Assembly: GCF_000400465.1 (NCBI RefSeq) | Contig: NW_008806284.1 | Span: 82,001 to 144,000 of the forward strand | Direction: 5' to 3' | Source of the DNA: Wallemia ichthyophaga EXF-994 | Lineage: Eukaryota > Fungi > Basidiomycota | DNA: 62,000 nt | Part shown: piece by piece, positions 1 to 12,715 of the stretch | Position numbering within the stretch: the stretch's first letter is position 1 | How the letters are laid out: every line of letters begins with the position of its first letter | The notes under the pieces: model-generated | What the model saw: the letters and a program-made list of their open reading frames with translations, nothing else | The model's database searches: none | Told to the model about the DNA's origin: nothing | Program-made: the position numbers and the translations under genes

Positions 1-38
1 AGCAAATACACGTTCGTCTATACTGTTAGTATTTGCAG

Positions 39-117
39 GGCTTTCTTTATCTGGCTTCCTGTCCAATTACGCAAGCACATCAAAGACATTGTATCAACAA
101 TGGTAATCTTCCACTAA
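39..117 (+). CDS. Possible last exon of an upstream gene (partial, unknown product)
   Basis: tttgcag acceptor at 38, then open frame AFFIWLPVQLRKHIKDIVSTMVIFH-TAA(115-117); the rest would lie outside the window. Confidence 0.3.
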
Positions 118-524
118 ACACATCGCACTCAATTCTCAGATGAGAGAATAGATATGAAGATGTGTAATGTGTATTGAATGGATCATCAACGTTTTATACA
201 CGCTAATATTTAAACAAATAAGCTTAAATTGAGTTAAGTTCTAGAAAGTTAACGAAAACTGATGAATAAAAGAGATGAATTGTTTTGGTTTTTATATCTC
301 CTGTAAATATCGCGGAAATCAATAACCATCTCTCAAAAAAGATGCATCTCTCTTTCGTCATCAGTTAGCTCCGTAGATTTACATTTCCGAGGAGTGAGAT
401 TACTAGAGGCGTACACATATTTACGTATCGCAATCTTTGAGTGGTAATTCAAATTATTTTATTTTCTTCAATTGGAGATGTCTGCTGTGACGCACACGCA
501 TGCGTTTCTTAGCACAAAACAACC

Positions 525-3137
<2,613 letters not shown>

Positions 3138-3268
3138 ATTTGTATCTATTTATAGCATTTAAATTTCTTTCCTAACATTGAAACAATTAAGCATTCTTAG
3201 ATTCAAATTCAAAAATTCAAACATTCTCACATTACCAGAAGTATATAAATAAATTAGCAAAATTAACT

Positions 3269-4537
3269 TTACTTTCCACCAATCCGCTTGGATTTACCTG
3301 GTCTAGATTTCTTATTACCCTTGAATGGAGCATTTGTAGAGTCTTTAGTGTTTGACTTTGCGTGCTTCTTTTTACCTCCATGGCCAAATTTAGCATCGCG
3401 TGCACCTCTTGACATTTTCCTCTTTTTATTGTCATCTTTACCTTCTTTACCACCTTCAAGGGCATCTTCTAATTGGATATCGAAGTCATCATCACCAGCT
3501 TCAAGGCCATCAACGCCACCTTTCTTACGCTTGAGAGATTTAACCTTATCGATCATATCCTTCTTGGATTGCTGTCTCTCCATCATCTTTTCATTCTGGA
3601 CCTTTTTACCGACCTTCTTCAATTCGCGTTGCTTACGTGCCTTTTCAGAAGCTTCAATGTTAGATTTCTCATCCATCATCTTTTGACGTATCTTCTCCAT
3701 CTGTACATCAGTCTTGACCATTTCTGCGAAAAAGTCATTCGGTCTACTGAAAGGAACGCCAGCTTTGAGTACTTGTGGCTTAGCTCTCTCGACGGCTTCT
3801 AATGATTGCTTGTAGAAGGCTAATTCACGTGAAAGATCGTCATACACGTCTTCTGCACCTAAGTCTTTGATGGATTTTGACGAGGTTACTGCGAGTGTTT
3901 CAATGAAAGGTAACTTATCTGAGAGTTTGAAGTCGTTGAGGATACGTGTGATTGCAGATTTGTTATTGACTGTTACTTTGGTTGTTATTTGTGCTCTAGT
4001 ATCTTCATCGACGTCTTGAGCATCTTCAAGGGTGAGTGGGTGGGTGGATTCGTCTTCTTCTTCTTCAGAGTTTTCTTCATCGTCATCCTCTTCCTCGTCG
4101 TTGATGAAACCAGCACCGTCTTCTTGGTCATCCTCTTCATCCTCATCGTCGTCTTCGCTATTGTCATCACCTGAGACGAGAGCTTCATTGTCGACAAGGT
4201 CTTCTTGATCCTCTTGATCGTCGTCATCGTCGTCGTCGTTGTCATCGCCATTTTGAGACTAGAGTAGGTGAGCAAAAGACTAGATAAAAAGCCATAAACT
4301 AACTCCTTCTAATTGATTCAAGTAAGCTAATTGGTCTAGAGCTTGTTGATCTAAGCCATCCTCACCTAAAACTTTAATAAGCTTCTGCATTGATTCCTCG
4401 CTAACGCCGTCGAAATCTTCTTCGCCTGAGGAAGAATCTTCTAATTCATCTTGTTTGAGGATGTTCTTGATATTCTTGTTATCCTTGTTATCCTTGTTAT
4501 CCTTGATGTTGGATTTAGTTGATTTAGATTTTGGCAT
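3269..4537 (-). CDS. EBP2: rRNA-processing protein Ebp2
   Basis: Ebp2 domain DDLSRELAFYKQSL...PFSRPNDFFAEMVKTDVQMEKIR, K-rich tail and acidic N-terminal half. One intron near 4262-4304; ATG at 4537 (MPKSKSTK). Confidence 0.93.
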
Positions 4538-4579
4538 TGTTGGGTGTAACAAACCACCAAGTCGAAAGTCAAATATTCA

Positions 4580-5512
4580 ATGCACCACCTCCCAGATTTA
4601 GCTCAATTTAAGAAATTACTTGATAAATTTGATACTTTCTTATTCGATTGCGATGGTGTCCTTTGGAGGGTTGGTAGTGTGCTCTAGGTCTACGTCACTC
4701 ACTCTACAACTCAGGGGAATGAACTTATCCCAGGAAGTAAAGAATTCGTTGATAAGATTAGAAAAGCCGGAAAGGATGTCATCTTTGTTACAAATAACGC
4801 TTCAAACAGTCGTAATCAATATAAGCAAAAATTTGATCAACTTGGTTTTAAAGTTGATGTTGATGAGATATTTAGCAGTGCATACGCATCTGCTGTCTAT
4901 CTCAAATACAATCTAAAGTTCCCTTCCGATAAGAAGGTTTTCGTCGTTGGTATGTCTGGATTAGAGGAGGAATTAGATAGCGAAGGTATAAAGCGTATTG
5001 GTGGCACTGATCCAGCCTACAATAAACTCGCGCCTCATGTCAACTTTAAAGAGATTAAACAGAACCTCGATAAGGATGTTGGTGCTGTTATCGCTGGTTT
5101 TGATATCATGCTCAACTATACAAAGTTATCTTACGCGCACTCATACCTCACCAGCCCAGAGCATGATGTTAAGTTTATCTTCACTAATGATGATTCCACG
5201 TTCCCTCAAGCGTGTGGAGTGTTCCCTGGTAGCGGTGCAATGAGCTCACCTTTGGCAGTGTCTTCTAAGCGCACTCCAATCGTCGTTGGTAAACCTAATG
5301 CACCAATGCTTGAGTGTATTCTCAAGAAGAAGCAACTTAAACCAGAGCGAACACTGATGATTGGTGATAGATTGAATACTGATATTGCTTTTGGGCAGCA
5401 TGGTAACGTCAAGACAATGTTAGTACTCTCTGGGGTTTGCAAGAAAGAAGATATAATTGGTGAGGGTATATACCCAGATTACATAGCACATTCACTTGGA
5501 CATATACATTAA
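4580..5512 (+). CDS. PHO13: HAD-IIA phosphatase (4-nitrophenylphosphatase / phosphoglycolate phosphatase-like)
   Basis: N-terminal FDTFLFDCDGVLW (HAD motif I), FIFTNDD, GKP, and MIGDRLNTDIAFG (motif IV). Intron near 4671-4722. Confidence 0.88.
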
Positions 5513-5903
5513 TTGTTGTGTTAAAATACATAAACACCTGAATGAAATTAGAATTGATATATCACCAGTAAAAGACCCCTCTTGAAAGATAACGCAGTTT
5601 TTGTAGTGATCATATTACGCATGCGGCTCTTATTCAAAGCTGGGCAGCTTCACACGTGTTGTTGTAAATTTTCAATCACCGGGGTCTTGTTGAGGATGGC
5701 TTACCTGTTGGCGTTGTAGGCGCTGAGGTATGTCTATCTGGTTGGAATACCTCAACGCCTTGTCTTTGCATTTGTCTGATTCATTCCTCAACGTAAGTAA
5801 ATCACCCGCAGACGTCCAGACATCCGAAGAAATTCCTCAAATTAAAAATCTCAGTGTGACAAAAAAACTGAAATACGTAGCGCTGACGTTGGACACTACG
5901 CTT

Positions 5904-6984
5904 ATGATAAAAAAGAGACAAGAAGAGGATACTAGTAGCACTAGTGGGAGTACTAGTGGGAGTACTAGTGGGAGCAGCAGCAGCACTAGCAGTAGCAGCA
6001 GTTCAACCACATCATCATCGTCTTCGTCGAGCAGCTCTTCGAGTGCTTCGCCAACAAGCAACACTCCTAGCAGCTCTAGCAGGTACGTGTGGATACCCCG
6101 TACACTTAGTTCCTGATTGACATCACTAGTGATTCCAATAGCCCAACCCGCACATCCAATGATAGCAGCAGCAGCAGCAGCAGTATTGATAGTAGTAGCA
6201 GCCAGAGCAACACCACCACCAATTCAGATAGTACTGCATCATCCACTCCAAATCCCACCACCTCAATTGTTACAGTAACGCTCTCAAACGGTGGGCAAAT
6301 ATTTATTATGAGATAACAAGTTATAACACAAGCAGGTTCATCAACAACATCCGCAACCACCATCGGTGGTACCACTGGCTCTGCTTCCGACAGCGGCCAG
6401 GATATTGGTGCGATTGTTGGCGGTGTGAGTGGATTTCTCATTGAAACATCGAAATCCTACTAAACTGCTTTTAGAGCGTCGGTGGTGGTATAGGTGCCAT
6501 CCTTATCCTCGTAGCTGCCATCTTCTTCTTTCGTCGCCGTGTCGCCAAGAAGAAGCACGACGAGTATGACGGTGATATCTTTGATCCTCAGCGCTTCAGG
6601 CCGGATAATGAGGACGAATTTGGTATTGATGGTGCTCCAACGCCCTACACGCAGCAGCCAGCGAGTGTGACTGCGGGGAGTGGTAGTGGGAGTGGGAATG
6701 TACCGGGGAATGTACCGGGAATGACAGGCATTGGTGCAGCCGCGGGAGGTGCGGCATCGATACCAAACTCATCAACCCATCAACCCTCCAACCCCTCCTC
6801 AAATGCTGCTGCTGCTGCTGGTATCAAAACTCGCCCACTTCCCACCTCTAAACCAAGCCAGGTCAACGTACACACAGACGCTGGTCGATACAACGTCAAC
6901 AACGGCGATGACAATCCAGCTAATCTCCACTCAGATATACCCCCGACTTACGACTCTATTCACGTATATCCAGATAACGCTTGA
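5904..6984 (+). CDS. Single-pass membrane protein with Ser/Thr-rich ectodomain (Mid2/Wsc-like sensor); 5' end uncertain
   Basis: S/T-rich exons, then spliced TM IGAIVGG-SVGGGIGAILILVAAIFFF followed by RRRVAKKK. The cytoplasmic tail has PTPY and PPTY. Several candidate upstream introns (5700-5880) leave the start unresolved. Confidence 0.7.
5930..5976 (+). repeat. 12-nt tandem repeat (actagtgggagt x3) encoding TSGS repeats
   Basis: Directly visible within the S/T-rich exon. Confidence 0.8.
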
Positions 6985-7200
6985 TGACCATGTGAATATT
7001 TATTTATTATTTAACATTTCCTTGTATCGACCCATTTATGATTGTTTGTTTGCTTGTATGAATTAACTCAGTTGGCGAAGTAGTGTAATGGAATTAGCAC
7101 GTATTGTTCGGGTGAGGAGCGTCTGCATCAATATAGTCTGGGTTCAATTCCCAGCTTCGCCCCTAAATAATCATTTTTACGACAACCTCACCTCTCACAC

Positions 7201-8489
7201 ATGTACGTCAATGTACGCCGACTATCAAATGCCTACAAATTTCGCAACTCGCTTGGTGTGTGGTGGTGTTATTTAGGCGGCTGAGCTGAGTAATTAAACC
7301 CAAACAGGCACGGGCTCTTTCGCAGTCGAGCCACCTAAAGCGGTAGGTATGGCCATGAGCAGAGGTCAGCGGCTATATCAAGAGGACAGCGTGTCTGCCA
7401 AAGTGCTCAACCTGCCCATCACTCCCCACACACTTGACTCTCAATGCGCCTACTTCGGCATATTCGACGGACACGGTGGTGATTACGTTTCCCGCTATCT
7501 CCGCGATAGTCTGCCAGGAGTCATTGAAAGAATAACCACGCGTGACTGGAACCTTATCGACTATTTCAGAGTCTACGGTAGGCGTTGGCGTTGGCGGTTA
7601 ACGTGGTCTATCACTCACAACGTCACGACGTCATCCAGGCAACTATTTCCCTCAAGAGGAATTGGACGCAGAGAGTGCTACGAGAGATTCTCACTCTCAT
7701 CTTAGTCTCCACGATAGACTCAAACTGGCTTTTTTGAAGGTGGGCATGGTGTTGCGATCCAAGACACCGCTCACACACTCCTCACAGGCAGACAAGAGGA
7801 CAATCACCGATGCGCAGAACCGCGGCTACCTGTGCGGATCGACTGCCTCAGTTTTGTTGCTGCACAGTCTCGATGATCCACCCTCGCCGTACGCATTCAG
7901 TCGTCGTCTGCAGCTCACAACGGCGCACTGCGGCGACACGTGCGTGGTGCTCGTGAAAGCGCACGCTGGCAAAGCCCACCGCCTCACGCTCGACGACCAT
8001 GCCGACAACGTCGGTGAGATGGAGCGATTGAAATCCTTCCACGGCGCACTCGTGCAGGACTCTTACGGCGAATCCCTTTTTCTTGGCCAGCTCGCCAACA
8101 CGCGCAGTATCGGCGATGCCAAATATAAAAGCTGGGGCGTCACGCCCGAGCCCCATACCCAGAGTGTGGAGGTAGATGGAGATGCTTATAGCATGGCTAT
8201 CCTTCTCAGTGATGGTGTCACTGGCGTCGTTGGTGTGCAGGAGGCGGCTGATGTCGCTTCGAGCAAGTTTGGCCAGTCTTTGCAGTTCGGTAGAGCCGCT
8301 CAGGCAGCCGCGCAGGCTGTCGTCGATTTCGCTATCGATGTTGGCGCTGATGATAACTGCTCCGCTGTCGTTGTTCCGCTTCCAGGTTTCGCTAATGCTG
8401 GTAAAGGTAGAGATAGGACCCGCGATTTGCGCGATTATCGATTGCAGGTTGCCAACGACCCTAGCAACGTCAGACAGAAGAGGCAGTGA
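7201..8489 (+). CDS. PTC6: PP2C protein phosphatase, probably mitochondrial Ptc6-like
   Basis: Spliced N-terminus MYVNVRRLSNAYKF...SRGQRLYQED (intron 7256-7307). PP2C motifs YFGIFDGHGG, AHCGDT, LANTRSIGD, LLSDG and DDNCS. Confidence 0.8.
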
Positions 8490-8621
8490 TGGGGTGGGGT
8501 GGTGGTGGGTCTGAGCCTGCTGCTATGAGCAATGCTATGCCTTCCACGCTAATATAACGACGATGTAATTATTCTATGTATTCTATCCATTATACCACCT
8601 CCTTCCTTTCCAACTACACGC

Positions 8622-11200
8622 TCATCCACCCCGACTGTCGCGCCACGTCTCGTATGCTGTGAGCATCTCTTGCGTGATGCGCCGACGCACGTTCCAGCAA
8701 GCCTGCACAAAGTGCTCCTTGCGTACATAAGCAGCGTGGAGATCCTGCTGCATTGCGCGCATCGCTGCATCTTGACAGACGCTGACTATCTCAGCACCAC
8801 TGCATCCCTGTGTCTGTATGGGGTGTTAGAATACCCCACTCAACGAGACAACCACCAACCATAACAGCCAACTCGTCAACATTCACACCCTCTTCCACTG
8901 CCATCTTGCTCAGTCGTATACTGAACAGCTCCCTGCGCGCTTCCAGCTCAGGTGGGCCGACGTAGCTGTGATTGTTTTTGTTAGTCTTTTGCTCGCAGAG
9001 GAGGGAGGAGAAAGGTGAGTGGATGCTACTCACATAATACGGTCAAGCCTTCCTGGACGCATGAGGGCGGAATCCTGTCGAGCAAATGAGTGAGTGAGCA
9101 AGTAAACAAACAAGTTGTTTATGCGTGCGCAATGCAATCACTCCGTCAGACTTACGATGACTTGTGGTTTATTCGTAGCAGCTAGAACAGTGACACCATT
9201 GAGTTCCTCTATGCCGTCCATCTGGTCATTGCGCGCGTCAGTCGGGTGTCTAAAGCTGACTACAATGTGCTATAAACCCACCTCATTGAGCATGCTTGCT
9301 ACCATGCCCGACGTTGTAGATGTGTTGTCATCACGCGCAGCTGCAATGCTGTCCATTTCATCCTGTCAGTGAGTGGTTGAGATGTGTAAGAGGTGAGAGA
9401 ATGGAGTTAAAGTGACGCACAAAAAAGATTATTGACGGCGCGGCTGCGCGGGCTTTGGCAAAAATATCACGAATAGCTTTCTCAGACCCGCCAACGAATT
9501 TGTCAAGCAGCTGTGTAGTATTAGCCATACCGACAACACCTCCACACGCATGTCATACTCACCTCTGGTCCCTTAACAGCGAGAAAATTGATTCCGCTTT
9601 CCCCCGCGAGAGCCTTTGCAGCGAGAGTTTTACTACACCCCGGTGGACCGTAGAGCAGCACGCCTCTGGGCGGTGTGAGGCCGAGGCGAGAGAAAGTATT
9701 TGCGTGGCTGAGTGGCCACATGACACTCTGCGTCAGCTGCTTCTTGACCTCTTCCTGTCCTGCTATATCACCGAAGCGAATCTCGGGGATGGTGAGCTGC
9801 ACGGATCGCAGAGCGGACGGGCGGATATGAGGAAGGCTATCGAGGAGATCCGTGTGTGTGAGATACGCCGATTGCTTACCTAAGATAGCACGCTTGATTG
9901 CAGTAGTAGATGCAGCGCGCACGAGAGATGCGAGATCCGCTCCAACAAATCCATGCGTCTTGCTTGCGACCGAGCGCAGATGCGTGTCGGAGGTTTGTGT
10001 GGGCATGTGTGCGAGCAGGTTGTGCAGAATCTCTAATCGCTGCGTCGAGTCAGGGATTCCCACTTCTATCTCCCGGTCGAGTCTACCGGGTCTGCGCAGC
10101 GCATCGTCGAGCGCATTCGGCCTGTTGGTAGTGCCTATCAGGAACACCTTGGCGTGGGCGGCGTCATTGCTTTTATTCATCCCGTCTAGCTCTGTCAGGA
10201 GAGTCGCTACTACCCGCTTCTCCACCTCGCCCGTGCTGCCGTCGCCATCGCGCGATGGACACAGCGTGTCGAGCTCGTCTATCACTACTATCACGCCCGC
10301 CTCATCAAGCGAACGCGCGTGTTGAAATACACGCCGCAAATTGTCCTCTGTCTCGCCGTGGTACGCGGATGACAGCTCAGGCCCGTTGACTAGTAAAATC
10401 GGCAGCTGCAGAAGCGTCGCGGCAGATCGAGCGAGCAGCGTCTTACCGGTTCCTGGAGGGCCGTGGAGGAGGAGACCTTTGGGCGGAGAGATTGCAAATT
10501 GGTTGAAAAGGTCTGGGTGCTTGAGGGGGAGACCTATGAGGTCAGATATCTCGCCAATTTGGCGTGATAGACCGCCTATAACAGGAGGATCCGAGGAAGG
10601 ACGAATCAAAGTTGCTTGTGATGTAACCGCTTCACGTTTGTCGGATTGGGTGGACAAATTGATGGCGGTTGTCGGGGTGACTTGATAGACAGCGTGTGTG
10701 TCATCGAGGGAGAGGTGTTGGAGAGATAGAGAAGGGCTTATATCTTGTATGGTTAGGTGATTGAGCTTGGATTTGAAGTGGAGTGACACCACCAAACCGG
10801 ATTTAACGAATTGGAGCTGAGTAACGTAATCACGCACGAGAGCGCTGAGAAGACGCGTCTGTCTATCGTCGAGAGGGAGATTAGTGAGGATAGAGAGTGA
10901 ATCGATTTCGATGAAATTTAGATGGCTGAGATCGGGGGAGAAGGAGGCATCGACGGTGCCATCTACGCTGCCATTAACACTCCCGGACAACTGGTTAAAC
11001 AGAGGAAAATGAACACCAATTTGATCCGATTCGATAGATGTATTCCCGGGCCAAGCGGTACCTATCACGAAGCGATCACCGGCGGAAACTCGGACAAGTT
11101 GGGAGATGGATAGGCGAGAGTCGCGGAGAATACTATTGTGTAGATAGACACGCTTGAGGTGTTTGGTGGTTGGAGGAGTACCGAGGTTTACAAGGATCAT
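8622..11200 (-). CDS. AFG2: AFG2/Drg1/SPATA5 type II AAA ATPase (60S maturation)
   Basis: D1 [13 protein letters not shown] and D2 [13 protein letters not shown] (CSKT is typical of Afg2). Downstream exons give [14 protein letters not shown] and [15 protein letters not shown]; TGA at 8622-8624. Confidence 0.92.
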
Positions 11201-11326
11201 GGGAGTGGGGGAGAGAGAGTATGGAAATACAGAAATAATAAATAAGGTATAAACATAATAATAGTTATACATATTTATCGATTATGTCACAATTGATTCA
11301 TTTCGTTCGTAGATATCGTCATCGGG

Positions 11327-11334
11327 TCACGTGA
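11327..11334. promoter_or_regulatory. Palindromic E-box TCACGTGA in a divergent promoter
   Basis: GTCACGTGA (Cbf1/bHLH-type consensus) lies between AFG2 (ATG 11200) and the small gene (ATG 11403). Function is inferred only. Confidence 0.3.
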
Positions 11335-11402
11335 AACCTCGGCGGAACCATAAATTAAGCGATGTATTCCGACTCGACATTCCTTGTAGAAACACAATCA
11401 AA

Positions 11403-11858
11403 ATGAGCCACAATTTGGAAGTGAGTTGGATGTTTGCGGGTGGATACACGCTTACAGGGTTCATAGCACAACAACCACAACATTCTCGCTGAAGCTGACC
11501 AACTCGCAAAGGGAGTGGGTTCCAATGGGTTATGCAGCCACAGCCACCCACTAACACCCTTATAGCCACGCTTTGACAACAATTCACTCACTCAACTTGA
11601 ATCACTCGCTGTATGTTGTAATCAGTCACTCTTCTCACGCTAACAATCAAATTAGAACGAAAGAGCTAATTTAGTGCACATGCACAGGAAGCTTGATGAG
11701 AATACTGAAGAGGATGTCACTAGCGTGGGTTTCCTTGTTTTGCCCTTTCAATCCCACTCAAACTGATCAAACAGGTCCACCTCTACGGTCAACGCGCTCG
11801 TGGTTTATCAATTGGGCACGAATATATCCACCGTCAATCCATCTCAAATGATAACTAA
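11403..11858 (+). CDS. Hidden 5-exon small gene, 87 aa, unknown function (absent from the ORF track)
   Basis: Exons 11403-11420, 11467-11514, 11566-11610, 11656-11724 and 11775-11858. Four phase-0 GT-AG introns of 46, 51, 45 and 50 nt with branch-like CTTAC/CTAAC/CTAAC/CTGAT. The joined frame is open from ATG to TAA. Confidence 0.8.
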
Positions 11859-12008
11859 CTTTATGTAATCACCACTGTATATTTAACCCAGCGATGAATA
11901 TTTTCACCTTTTATAAGAAAATCTTCATTTAAAGTTGTCAAACATTGTTAAGGTTATCAAAATCTGTCAATATACGCACTACAATAATAACAGTTTATTT
12001 AACCTTGC

Positions 12009-12518
12009 TTAGAACTTTGCGAAAGCCTTAGCAGCAGCCTTGTTCTTGATGACACGGAGGACGTTGAATCTAACAGTCTTTGAGAGTGGACGGCATTGGC
12101 CAACGACGACCGAGTCACCTGCTTCAATACGGAATGCAGGTGATGCGTGCACTGGGAGGTTCTTGTGACGCTTCTCGTATCTGTTGTACTTTGGTACGTA
12201 GTGGAGGTATTCTCTTCTAATGACAATAGTACGTGTCATCTTGGTAGAGACAACCTTTCCAGTCAAGATACGTCCTCTGATTGAAACTTCACCGGTCCAT
12301 GGGCACTTCTTGTCGATGTAAGTTCCAGTGATAGCATCTTGAGGCGTCTTGAAGCCTAAGCCGACGTCCTTGTACCAACGACGGTCCTTGGTAACCTTCT
12401 TGTTACCGCGGGTCTTTGAGTTTTGGAAGATAGGTTGCTGTATCCCATGTCAGCTGCGTTTCCTCATCCCCTATTCCTCTCCTACCTTTGGGAAAGTCTT
12501 GAGATTTTGTGCCTCCAT
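12009..12518 (-). CDS. RPS11: 40S ribosomal protein S11 (uS17)
   Basis: QPIFQNSK...[12 protein letters not shown]...[52 protein letters not shown]. One coding intron (~12444-12485). Confidence 0.97.
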
Positions 12519-12715
12519 CACGCCTATCAACTCTTTGCGACTTAGCGACTGCCTGAGAAGAAGAAACGATGGTCAGCACTCAGATTTTACGCTCACAATC
12601 AAAAATTCAATTCGACTTTATTTCTCAATATTTCTTTTTTCTCGTTGCTGCTCGTTACAATTATTCTTTTATTTCTTCTTCTTTCCTCTTTTATTCGCCT
12701 TGATTGCTTGCCTTT

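Noticed and set aside
11690-11772. Box C/D snoRNA-like pattern (TGATGA...CTGA)
   Set aside because: It coincides with exon 4 and intron 4 of the 87-aa gene, which explains the sequence better.
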